Assembly: GCA_050084985.1 (NCBI GenBank)
Contig: JBITNC010000002.1
Coordinates: 11,656,001-11,720,000, forward strand
Origin: Nageia nagi
Lineage: Eukaryota; Plantae; Pinophyta
Direction: 5' to 3'
Length of the DNA stretch: 64,000 bases
In this document: positions 1 to 11,619 of the stretch, piece by piece
How positions within the stretch are numbered: the stretch's first letter is position 1
Layout: each line of letters starts with the position of its first letter
Program-made: the position numbers and the translations under genes
Notes under the pieces: model-generated
Seen by the model: the letters and a program-made list of their open reading frames with translations, nothing else
What the model was told of the DNA's origin: nothing
Databases searched by the model: none

Positions 1-84
1 CATTTTGGAAAGGCGTGACCACTCTTTGAGACTCCATTTAGGGGTCAAAAATCTGCTAAGTGTTGGCATAAGTGTCTAAGGGTA

Positions 85-1499
85 TGGTCGCATGGTTTGA
101 CAAAGTTAGAATTGTAACATTTTGAAAAGGTGCAACCACCTTGGCAAGTGGCTGAAGCATAACTCCCATTGGACCTCCATCTTGACCTCTTGGTAGGGAA
201 CACATGGCTCATACAAGTTAGTATAAAGAAGGGGAAGACCATCATTTATCACTTTAGTTGCCAGATTAGTCCAGTGCAGCACTCCAAGGTTGGTTGCATG
301 GTTTAGAAATGTCACATTTCCATCTTCTTGAAAGGGTGCGACCACCTCTATTTTGGCTTGCTAAGAATCAAAAGTTGGCTAAGTGTTGGCCAAAGACCCC
401 TCCAAGGCTGGTCGCATGAGATAAGAAAGTTACATTTGAACCCTTTTGAAGTGATGCGACCACTCCTTTTTGGGCTTTTTGAGCCCCAAAATTGGTTAAG
501 TACCTAATTAGGCCAAGGATAGTTGGTCGCATGGTTTGTGAAAGTCATGATTGCATCTTTTAGAAAGGGTGCGAACATCCCTTAGAACACCTTTTGAGCC
601 GGAATTTGGCTAAGTTGTTTATTTTTAAGCATTTTTTACTAGTCGCATGGGCTTGGAAAGTTGAGTTTGCATCTTGGTGAAGAAGTGTGACCATGCCTCA
701 AGTCTCGTTTTTGCTAAGTGTGGGACGTTGGCTCGCCTCACCCTTGGTTGCACAATTTGGAAAGGTTACTTTTGCATCTTTTTGGAAAGGTGCGACCATG
801 TTGTTTTGCATGTACGTGGCTGAGTTTTGACATTTGTCGGAACGCCGCCCTCCTACCCATTAAGACGTTGCCACCTAGTGACCAAGGCAGCTATAAAAGA
901 ATGATTTAGTATTGTTTGTAAGCATTTGCTTCTCCAAAGTTGGTCGCACAATTTTGCTAAGTTACCATTTCATCTTTTTGGAGAAGTGCAACCACCATTT
1001 TTGCATGAGAGTTGGATGGCACATGCTCACTAATCATTCTCTCACCCTATAGCATAATGACACCTATCATATCCAAGTTATAAAAGCATTTGCATTGGTC
1101 ACACCTTGCATTAATCATCCCAAATTGATTATGTTTGCATGGTTTTCAAGAGATAAATTTCTATCATTTAAAGGTGGTGCGCCCCTCAAATTAGAGACTT
1201 CAGCCAAAGTTAGTTGAATTATTTTGCCACTTGGTCGCATGGCATCTGGAAGTCGCATTTGTAAATTTGTTTCGAGGTGCACCCCACATGAGCAATAAAG
1301 GATTCAAGTCTTTTGTCAAGTAACCCCTCGGGGGACCCACACTTAAATGCATGTCATTCACCGTTTTTGTCACATGTCATTCCCTCCATTTGTCCTAGTC
1401 ATGTTTCATAGAGTCAACCTTCCCCACCACCTCACGTTTACACTTGGTCACGCCATCTATTTAAGTTGCAAAGCTAACGTCCAAGTTTAAGTGTGACCA
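85..1499. repeat. Array of about 10 inverted-octamer units TGGTCGCA-N38-TGCGACCA
   Basis: Left/right octamer starts at 85/131, 291/337, 409/455, 524/570, 640/686, 745/791, 941/987, 1132/1178, 1232/1278 (38-nt spacer each) and 1445/1492 (39 nt). Confidence 0.85.
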
Positions 1500-1796
1500 A
1501 TACCTTTGAGAATCCATATTGAATTGGGCCCCATAAGGTGTCAAAGAGGAATGTATGCATTTGCATTGCATTGATTAATTGAGGTACAGATTTTGGGACA
1601 TTGCATGCTTCAAGGGAGGCCGACCACCTTTTGTCATAATTATCGAACCTTGCATTGTCTATGTTAGTGCATCATCTACAAGGCATGTAGGCTTGCCAAG
1701 CATTGCTGATTTCATTGTCCCACCTGCATCACCCCCCATTGCATCCATCAGTTAGTCCAATCATCCACTAACTTTGTTTGCTTTTTCAGGTCCAAG

Positions 1797-2628
1797 ATGT
1801 CAAAAATCAACTCAAAACTAAGAAAGATCCGGGAGCTTCAATTAGCCAGATTGACTGAGCCAAGTAAGATAGAATTTGCCAAGGAACCCTAAAGATCCCT
1901 TAAAGGAGGCCAAATTCAAGAACAACCTCTCTAGCATCTAGGATACTTACTAGTCTCACACCAATCCCAGTTGGACATTACAATCTATTAGCAAACGAGA
2001 GAAAAACCAAATGGACCAGCAAAGAAAGAGACTCCTTGGATATTACCAAAATCCCAACAGGCCAGGGATCTCATCCGAGATTGGCTTCAAAATGAAAGTA
2101 AGGAGTTCATTGGGAACAAACTAATCAATGCAAAGAGGCAACATTTCAACCCTACCATCTCCAAAATCATCAACATGTTGTCCATGATCATAGGCAAGGA
2201 GGACGACCTTAAGTTCAAGAAAGAATTCACCAGTTTATTGCAATAATTGGGAATAGGCAAAAGATTAGGTGGAGTAAAGTGATCAGTGACTCCCTTCTCC
2301 AACAGTTGGCTCATATCGACTCATTGGCTCATATTGACTCATCCAAGAGATTTTATATGAGTTCTTATCTAGTTTATCTCCTCTTCCATGGCAAGAATAG
2401 AAAATTGACAAATGCAGACATGGACATCTTGAACAATCCTACAAAGCCTGTATGGAGAGCCTATCCCAAATAGTGGTTGGAGTCCAGATGGGAAAATTAT
2501 GCCATGCAGAATGACAGATGAAAATACCAAATCTAGAAGGAGATCAAAAGTAGACAAATGGTGAGAAGGATATTTGATTCTGTTATGGAAGCCATCAGGG
2601 GACATACAGATTTCTTCTTGGAGGACCC

Positions 2629-2668
<40 letters not shown>

Positions 2669-4059
2669 AATATATTCGGGTCTATGGCTCTGATGTAAGG
2701 CCTTATCTCCTACCCCATTATGCTAGTAACCGATTGATCCTCATGGAATGCTGCAGGCAGTTGTTGTTTTTATACGAGAATGTATGGAAGAAGAAGGATG
2801 CCATCGTGAATCTCCCTATCTCCATTGAAGAATACACATGTTCTACTTGGCAAGAAGCCAAGGAAATGAAGAATGAATTGTCTTACTACCACTTTAGCGA
2901 GGAGCTGGCAACCTCCCACTATGATTCAGAAGGAAGGATCTAGGCCTTCTACCAGCAAGCTTTCAGGAACCCAATTGCTTATGAGCATCGACCTCTAGGT
3001 GACAAGGAGAGGTATCAAAATAATAGGGAAGAGAAGCACATTCCAGAAGTGCATCAAGCACTCACAGTTGAATTCCTTGAGCAATTTGAGATAGAAACCC
3101 ATATGAAAGATCAAAATGTTGCTATTATTCCTGCTACAAAACAATCAGGAGAGCCTGGCTTGCCTCACTGCTCTTCTTCAAATTCTAAAACATCCTCTGA
3201 ATCTTCTGGCTCATTCGAGTCTATTTCAAGTGAAGAAGGAGAAGGGATCGAAAGGGAGTATGAGGATGACAAAGACTCACATAATAGCACTGAAGATACC
3301 CAAATTATAGATGTTGATGGAGAGTCTAAGGCTGAAACCACCAGTGAAACTTTACCAGTAGGATTGGTGTCTATAAAACAAGTTGGTTCCTCTAAATCCA
3401 CCACTCTAAGAAGAAAGAGGAGGTCATCAACCAAAAAGGAAGTCCATAAGGTGACCCCCAACAAGCCCTCAAATTTTTGCAAGACCCCTACAATAAGAGG
3501 TGATGGAGGGGATGAGGAAGATAAAGGAGAGAATGAAGAGCAAAGAAAGAAGAGAAACCAGTTGGAACTCGACAAGCAAAAGCCATTGAAAATTAAGGAA
3601 AAACCAGTTGAAATCAAGAACCAGCCGTTGAGAATCGAGGAGATCCCTAGGGAGCCCTCCCCCACAAACATATATACCACTCTGGCTAACATCGCATCAT
3701 GTGTTGGTCCCCATAAGTAGTATAATTTTGATATTGACGCAGTCATCAAGGATCTATAAATGAGTTATTGTAGCGATGATGAAGATTCTAGCCAGCGAAT
3801 GGAAAATGCTTCCGAGGACTCACCCATTGAAGAACGCGACACCTTTGTCTCCATGAAAAAGGGCACGATGACGATCAATAGATGCTATTCAAAACAAAAG
3901 CATCCACAAGGCTTACAAGATGTTTGGGTCCACATGAAAGAATTCAAAGTCAAGAAGATCAGATGGGCTAGGCGAAAGCACGCAATTAACTATAATGTGG
4001 ATGAGATGGTCAACCAAGACATTGAGAAGGAGCATAAGATTGAAGAATTGATGAAATAG
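1797..4059 (+). pseudogene. Degenerate retroelement accessory ORF of unknown function, with an acidic/Lys-rich C-terminal part
   Basis: ATG at 1797 follows a TTTGCTTTTTCAG acceptor-like site. Plus-strand ORF pieces 2279-2473 (ISDSLLQQL…RFYMSSYLVYLL), 2734-2943, 3049-3720 and 3760-4059 are separated by stops and frameshifts. No gag or pol motifs. Confidence 0.55.
2629..2668. repeat. Compound microsatellite (CA)n(TA)n
   Basis: About 12 CA units followed by about 8 TA units, inside the accessory ORF. Confidence 0.95.
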
Positions 4060-5049
4060 AGGTATTAGGGTTGCTTATGTTGTTTTAGGGAAACATTGCT
4101 ATTAATACTAGGGTGAAATTTCATTTAATGAAGTTTTCAGACTTTATGCTATAGTACCCTAGTTGGGTCATTTTTTAGAAAGCCCTTCATTGTGTATGAA
4201 AAGTGTTCTATTCTTGTCTTAGAGTTTCTTTTGAGGAGAGCTTTAATGCAAAACTTTTGGGAAGAATTTTGGAGTTGAGGCTTCCAATTGTATGTATGAT
4301 CTATCAATTTGGGAAGCTTTGATATTAATGCAAGTGATGCTCTTTCATTTCATGGAATTGTGGACGCATAGGTAGCATGCTTGGTATGTTGTTATGTTAT
4401 TCATACATTTACAAGCATTTTCTTTGAAAGTTCAAAACTTTAGAAAAAGCTAGTTGAATATCTTTCTTAAATGTATGAATGGTCGTTTCCATGATTTGCA
4501 TAAAGTTGTTGCATTTTGGATTACCTCGCTCTTATGTCATTTGATTAGAATAATCCAATGGGAGATAGACAAACGAATGCTCCATTCCATTCCTTTTGTC
4601 CACCCTGACTACTGCTTCATGCTCTTGCTTGGGAGTGATTCGGACCCAGTCGTTTCCTTCCTTGCTTGATAACCCAAGAGGAGAATCTTAATAAATCCGA
4701 GAGATAAAGCCCCAAACTCGACACAATGGTGAAAAGCTATCATTTATCTCACCGTCATCTACCAATCATTCCCTATCCCCTCCTCATATTTCTTTTGCTT
4801 TTGTGTAATTCCACATGAACATTACTTGAGATAAAGCCCAATAGGTACAATTTAATTGTGAGTTAACCAACCCGAGCGCATCCTCACCTGAGTTATCTTT
4901 CACATATCGACGATAAACCACTCTTACTCGATATTTTTCATATCTTAAAGTAAACCTTGGGGTTAAAGTCCTTTCAAGTGGGGTCAGCAACGCTACTCCA
5001 ACCCCGACGATCTTCTTTCCCATAGGGGGTAAAGGAATCCATGTCAACA

Positions 5050-6656
5050 CCTCCAACAACAAAGCCCTTTGGATAGCCTCATTGAGTGTGGGTGGAGAGA
5101 AGGCCTTAGTGAAACTCTTCAATGGCTCCTTCAACCCTTCAATAAACAAGGACGTTAGCTCCTTCTATGAAATGTGGCTGACCATAGCAACTTTTTGCTG
5201 AAACTCCCAGGTGTATGACTCCAACTTTGCCTGTCGCATAATGGCTATCAAATCCATGAAATATTCTTCCTCATCTCTTAGATCAAAGTGATTCAAGATT
5301 CATTGGCCAAATTCTTTGATTGTACAAACGAGTCTATGATCATGGACGTCCTCTCCATGTTGCCACCATTCATGTGCCATTCCATCCAAATGCATGATGG
5401 CAATCTTAACAAAGTTTTCTTTTGTTACTTGGTTAAGGGTGAACAAGGTCTTCAATTTGCTTACCCAAGCCCTAGTCATAGGCTTACCTTCACTACCAAA
5501 TTTAGGGATTTTGTAAATTTAGGGATTTTGTCAAAACCCCTAATCCCTTCCTGCGCTCTCTGTGGCTTTGGGATCTCCCAGCTTAGGATCTTCCAGTAAT
5601 CCTGAGAGAACTTTTTTCCTGAAGGCTTCTGAATTCTGGCAATAGATTGGATCCAACAAGTCATGCAACCATGGAGGTGGAGGTGGGCGTTGTGATGGAT
5701 GACCATGGATGCCTGGTGCACAACCCTTTTCTCCTCTATCATCTCCTTCTCCCTGCGAAATGTCTTGATGGCCCAACTCCTTGAGTAGTTTCTACTTTAC
5801 CTCAATTGTGGCCTCTATCTTCTCCATATTGATTGTAGATCTGAAAGGCTTGCCTCCTTCCATCTTCATAGTATGGAAGGATCAAGCTCTGATACCAATG
5901 TAATATCCCAAAATATTTCTTGCTCCAAAATTATTAGAAAATTAAGCAAATAAGCAAGAAACAAAATAAATCTCGTATTAGCACCACAAATCATGCAAAA
6001 CACAAAGCAAATGGAGGAGAAATGCCAACATCCCAATATATAGCAATAAATGATTAAATTACAACGAAATAAGCCCTAGAGGGTTGACGTCCAACTCAGG
6101 GGACTGAAATCTAGGGCATATACTCCTTAAATGTTGATGCTTGGCTAGCAGGACCTTCAACCCCGGATCTGACTACAACATTGAATGGTCTAAGGGTTTC
6201 CATCCTTAGCCAATAGCCTAGTGAGGGCTACATCCACTATGAAAGGCCCAAGAGATGGCACTGCCACTCCAAAGATAGAAGATGTAGAATATGCTCAATG
6301 ATGCCTCCTCATCCTTGCACCAACCATATAAATAGGAATCCCCAAGGTTGGGCGCTCACACACCTCTCAAGGTGACATCATTCTTGGGCATCCGGATTGT
6401 ACCTCGAGATCACTCCCAATCATGCGCCTAGCCTCTAATCATGTGTTGTGCCTTAGGATTCATACTATCACACTTAAATGCTCTAATCTACTCTTAGGAG
6501 GGAGATGTCCCACTTATGGGCTCACAATTGGTCCATGGGACCCGTATGTCTCCTATCCTAAGTTACAATGATGCTTAAATACATATGCAATAAATAATCA
6601 CTCCTAATTACAAAAATACTCCTAGAAGGGAACGTCTCCTAAAAGGGGACGTTACA
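5050..6656 (-). mobile_element. Ty3/gypsy (chromovirus-like) element: 5' LTR, PBS and disrupted gag
   Basis: LTR 5899-6656 (TGTAAT…GTTACA). tRNA-Met PBS (AGCTCTGATACCA on + strand, 5885-5897). Gag remnants HLDGMAHEWWQHG and FIEGLKEPLKSFTKAFSPPTLNEAI are homologous to the gag at 15.8-16.2 kb. Confidence 0.85.
5899..6656 (-). repeat. 5' LTR (758 bp)
   Basis: TG…CA termini, adjacent to the PBS. Confidence 0.85.
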
Positions 6657-8975
6657 AGTAGGGCCCCAAACTTAGACAAACTCCAAGCCGAATTCCATTT
6701 TGTTGCTCACATTTTCCCTCCTCTTGGACCTTGAACATTATCCACCCCATCTTCAAATCTGGCGACCCCACCAAACCGAGCAACTACTGTACTATCATGA
6801 TTGACACACCTTGGCCAAGTTATATGCTACCATAATAGAGAATTATCTTTCACAGATGGTCGATTCATGAGAGTTCGGAGCAAGAGGACAAGCTAGTTTC
6901 CAAAGAGATCACCACACCACAAATCATATTTTCACTCTTTGAGCTATCATTGAGGAAGTCAAGTTCTAGAAATCCCCAATATTATGTTGTTTTGTAGATT
7001 CTAGAAATTCTTCAACACGATCCCCCACCATAGATTCATTGATAGACTTCGACAATTGGGAGTCCCTGAGATCGTTATCACAACAATCCTTACTCTTTAT
7101 GAGACTCTCACAGGCCGAGTCCATACTACAAAGGGTTTGTCGAATAGCTTTCCCAACACAATCAAAGTGAAGCAGGGTTGCCCACTTTCTCTGACTCTCT
7201 TTGGTCTCTACATTGATGAGCTAGAATCCTTTTTTATAGATAACACTGAGCCTAGTATGGGATGCCTCCTCCATGGTAGTCAGGTTTCTATCCTCCTCTT
7301 TGTCGATGACATGGTGTTGCGTTCTCACTCAACGGATGATTTACAGTGTTTACTAGAGGCCTTAGACTCTTTCAATGCCAGATAAGAGCTCGTGGTGAAT
7401 CTTAGCAAGACTATGGTTCTAGTGTTCAATGCCCTTAGGAATTTGATTGACCAGTCATAATTCACCTACCATGATAGCATAAATAGAGATCACCTCCTCA
7501 TATAGATATTTGGGTGTGCTCTTCTTGGACCTCAAATTCTCTATGAGGATGACACTCCCGCCTAGAGTTCAGTGCAGTTACACAATGATCTCTACCCTCG
7601 AGAGACAATGCATCTAGCTTCATTTTCAAGACATCCTATCCAAGCTATAGCTCTTACAAAATCTGGTCAACCCCACAATATTTAATGGGGCAAAGGTTTG
7701 GGAACCTAATTTGAGATTAGCCAATTGGGCTATAGTTGAGAGACTTTCGATTAGTAGACTATCTCACCCCATTAGTAGCTAACAGACCGTTCCACATATT
7801 ATTATGCTTGTAGAGTTTGGTTGCCAACCCCTTCAGGTATGGGCGACTACCTCATTGGTCCTCTCCTTCCAAAGATTTCTTAGCTTCGTAGATTGTCTAA
7901 GTAGGGTAGATAGACTCCCATATTGAGATTTAGCCTCATCGAAAGGCTTAGCAACACAAGGATGTCGTTGGTGTTGGTATTTAGAGGCTTTAGAGATGTT
8001 GCAACATTTAAGCTTCTCTCTAGACAAACCACCGATGCCCCATGGTGACACACCTCCCACCTTGGAGGCCTCTTTAGCTCAGATCCAAGAGATACTCCAT
8101 CGATCCTTCATCTAGACCTCCTGGATCATGCCCCACCATCCCCTCTCACCCAAGTTGGCGTACTACTCTCAGCACTTTCTCCAGATGAGCGAAGGATTGA
8201 TTCTTCCTCCAAGATATATCAGCCTACACCTAACACTTGGACTGAGGATGTTTATCAGATAGTTTAGAGTGCATTGGCACCAGCTTAAGGTAGAGACAAA
8301 GCATCACTTAGACCATGACTTACAAGTTTTTCGACTATGTTCACAAGAGATGGATTCAAAGGAAAATTTTATTTTCCGTTGTACGGTCTATTATGAGATA
8401 CGAGGGCAATACCATTGCCTCTTTTAGGATTCTCATAACTCACTATCCATCTTCTTTCAATATCCAGATCAAATATTGTGGCCCTATACATCAAAGAGAC
8501 TTTCCTTTTCAAGAGACATCTCTTATCTCTCACCCAACATCCGATAGGAGTTCGCCTTTTTACATCCTTCTTTCATGCTTCCTCAATTGAGAGAACCCGA
8601 AAGAGGGTGAGAGACGACCCCCATTGCCCCTAATGATGGACCAGATGACAGCTTTGTGATTCTCATGACCTTTTGCAAACTTATCAAATCTAGTCTTTAT
8701 TTCCTTCCAACGGCACTACCTCCGACTCGACCACGAGCACCAATGAGCTCCACCAAACGGCACAACCATGACTACCTACAGATCTTGTCCTCTTTTTTGT
8801 TTTTGTTTCCTTTTTGTAGGACTTCAACCCCCCATTGTACTCGCTTTGGTTGTAGCTAGTTATTTTTTGCTTTATTTTAGAACAGATCCACTTTGGGTCC
8901 CAGTAGTTATTTTACCATTCATGTACTCTCTAGTCCCATTGTCCACTTTTGGTCACCTATGGACATTAATCCCAA
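6657..8975 (+). mobile_element. Degenerate non-LTR retrotransposon (LINE, RTE/RTEX-like): RT, C-terminal Cys/His region and 3' UTR
   Basis: IHPIFKSGDP..NY, KQGCPLS.TLFGLYIDELE and ILLFVDDMVL (ORF 7056-7385). C-terminal HQLKVET…FIFRCTVYYEIRGQYHCLF. Interrupted at its 5' side by the gypsy LTR. Confidence 0.85.
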
Positions 8976-9739
8976 AATAATATTTTCAACAAAGTTTTGA
9001 TGAAATATACATGAAGGATTCTTCCTTTGAGAATTAAGTGGGATTTAATTTGAAATCTATGTATGAAATTTGGTGTAGAAGTTTTCGGCTACATTTTACA
9101 TTTAAGTGCTAACATACCGACACACTAGCCAAAAGTACATTAGGTAAGATGAGAAACTTGCTCAAGAATGTGGGCAATGGTTAAGAGCTCTTTGAGTATG
9201 CCTCTCTATAGTATGGTCAAGAACAGGAAGTTAAGAAAAGCACAAGTTGATGTGTAGTATAGAACTAGCATGGAATATAAAGAAGCCAAAGATTAGTTTA
9301 AGTATATGCAATAGATGGTTGGATCTGGATACAGCATCATTCATTGTTATTGATATTTTCCAAAATACATGTGCCAGGATTTTGAGATGTGCTGGGAACA
9401 TTGTCAAGACCGAGGACAAACAGCTATGAACTTCAGGTAGTTTCTCCAAATGCAATAACAGAGAAATTTTTCAGCACATAAAGTAGCAAGCAGAAATAAT
9501 GAGGAAAGCTTCCAACCATTATGGCTTAAGTGAATTAATTCCAAGTTGTAAGATGCTCAAGCCCTACCTCTATACTATCTTACAAACTTTATACATAAAA
9601 TATGGCTACTGAACATCTTTCAGCTAAGATTATAAAATGCTTAAACAGTGGCCAAAGGTACCTTGGGTGAGGAAACAATCCCACGCAAGTATATTGGAAT
9701 GAAAAATAGCTTATTTATAAGAATTGGAAAAGAACTTAC

Positions 9740-9972
9740 AATTCTAAATGATGGGCAAAGATGACTTCTTTTCATAACCAAATGGAAATATGGCCGCCTC
9801 ATCTTATCCATAACTTCCTTGACACGAAGAGCCATTTGACATCCGCGTCCACTAGCAGGTTGGAAATCAAAGTCTTGACTTTCGTTTCTTTCACTCTTGA
9901 CTTCAAACTTTCCTATTTTATTGTAATATGACAATGTTTGCTTCATTGTCGGTGCATCATCAACAGATGTAC
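9740..9972 (-). CDS. REM-type B3 transcription factor, exon 4 (linker and start of second B3 domain)
   Basis: AG acceptor at 9974-9973, phase 1. Encodes …RPYFHLVMKRSHLCPSFRI, then a GTAAGT donor at 9739 (phase 0, the typical B3 intron position). Confidence 0.75.
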
Positions 9973-10067
9973 CTACATTTACAGAGTTCAGTACAGACTC
10001 CACATAATCAGGAATATGAAACGATTAAATAAAGAAGTGGAGAAATATTATAAAGTCAATTGCACAC

Positions 10068-10139
10068 CTGTTTTCAACATCTTCACACATTCTGTACGAG
10101 TAGCATTTGATAATGGCATTGATAGATTGAAATAATAAG
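10068..10139 (-). CDS. REM-type B3 transcription factor, putative 72-nt exon 3
   Basis: CATCAG acceptor and CAG|GTGTGC donor. Stop-free symmetric phase-1 exon (SYYFNLSMPLSNATRTECVKMLKTG) compatible with both neighbours. Confidence 0.5.
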
Positions 10140-10299
10140 CTGATGAATTGTGGTCAATTCTTTGATCTTAAGCACATATAATGCTAGATTGTTTTTCAGG
10201 AGAAACAACATAATATCCATTATCACTACTATAATCTAGATCCTAAGCTCAAAATAGTTTTAGTAACAAACTTATATTTGGACAAAATTACTAACTCAC

Positions 10300-10777
10300 A
10301 TCTTTTCCTTGAAGCAGTGCTCTCCATCTTGTGATCTGGTGTTGGAGTGCATGGCATAGCAGAATCCATTGTGTTTGTGCAATGATTTTCCATGTTCTCT
10401 TTAGTTCCAGATGACGGACTATTTTCAACAAAACTGGGAAGCGATATATTTTTCATTTTGTCATGTTTTCCTGGATTCAAAATCTGGTCTTCCATAATGG
10501 ATTCAATACATGTAATTGTGAAAGCACTCTGCTTCTCACAACCACTTCTTCCAAATATCTGGACAATAAAGTGGGAACTGCCACAATGTTTGAAAACTAA
10601 GAAGTCTCCATATTCTATGGCATGATCAGATACGAAGTTTTTCCAGCCATGTTCAATGGTCATTACTGTGCCCACACAACACAATTCTGCATGCCAAAGC
10701 TGGCCACTGGGGCCTTCAAGAATAACATCTGGACCCATATGATGTCCAATTTGTATAGCAAAGTTTGGCGGTATTTT
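10300..10777 (-). CDS. REM-type B3 transcription factor, exon 2 (B3 domain core)
   Basis: TTTGCAG acceptor. KIPPNF…VILEGPSGQLW…GWKNFVSDHAIEYGDFLVFKHCGSSHFIVQIFGRSGCEK is a canonical REM B3 domain. GTGAGT donor at 10299. Confidence 0.92.
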
Positions 10778-11439
10778 CTGCAAAGACAATACTAACTTGA
10801 GATGATTGCAGATGCAGAAGCTTGGATAAACTCGCCAATAGAATGATTTTAACAGATAAAACTCTTTTCTTTCTCTTCATTTTATGATTTTCAGGACAAT
10901 ACCTCATTTCATTCTTGCTTATCATCTTACTGAGAAGATCAGAACACACACCCTATAAACTTTCAAAACAAGGTAGGTTACAAAATAAAGTTTTAAGCAC
11001 AGGACACAAATACTGCTCGCAGGAGTTCAAGAAACAATGCTATTCTAGTACAGGATGCTGAAAATTTAGGAAAATTCATCAAGGATGGATAAAGCAAAAT
11101 CAATAGAGTATTATTGTAGGTTCACCAATTCAACTACTCTAATTCCTAGTGAAATGCAGTCTCCATATTTATTAAGATCCCAGCACTATTTTCAACCTAT
11201 TGCTTCACAGTTGTATTAGGTAAACTTTGGTCTTCTGTTTATCTTAGTATAGGATTTCTTTTTACATGTTTATTTGTATCTTCAGGTTCAATCAATGGCA
11301 ATATTGATATTTATCATAACATGCATGATCCATGATAACCTACTGAAACAAAACATAAGCAACACATGATATCAATCACATAAAATTGATAGAGACAGAG
11401 ATTCACACACTGTCACGCAGTCCTGAAGTAACAAACCAA

Positions 11440-11613
11440 GCCCATGGAAGGTCGATTGGTAAATGGGGTTCTTTCCATAGAGGAAGCCCAAGTTCAAATC
11501 CCCACACCTTTCCTGTGGTTTACTTGCACTACACTACCTGTGAAAGCTCAGGTAGCTGAATAGAGTTTACCTACCCTTCTCTGAATTTTAAAAAAAAAGG
11601 GTTTAACAAAAAA
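11440..11613 (+). mobile_element. tRNA-derived SINE candidate
   Basis: A-box-like TGGAAGGTCGATTGG (about 11445), B-box AGTTCAAATCC (11491-11501), about 90-nt body and an A-rich tail. Confidence 0.55.
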
Positions 11614-11619
11614 ATGACA

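Larger units (their letters stand above)
1..5049. mobile_element. Terminal part of a large retroelement (probably gypsy/Tat-like) inserted into the gag of the next element
   Basis: Ends ...GGAATCCATGTCAACA at 5049, an LTR-type CA terminus. This is exactly where the minus-strand gag (…EAIQRALLLEV) turns into unrelated sequence. Contains a repeat array and a degenerate accessory ORF. The other end is outside the window. Confidence 0.6.

Noticed and set aside
85-1499. CRISPR-like repeat-spacer array
   Set aside because: Eukaryotic TE context and no cas genes. Repeats are degenerate and the intervening segments are related to each other, not unique spacers.
3165-3749. 194-aa minus-strand ORF
   Set aside because: Antisense shadow of the purine-rich plus-strand ORF, with Ser/Leu/Phe-rich composition.
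9231-9455. Next exon of the B3 gene
   Set aside because: No B3 motifs in the frames examined and no convincing acceptor.
11440-11515. tRNA gene
   Set aside because: A and B boxes are present but no cloverleaf stems could be formed. The A-rich tail fits a SINE better.
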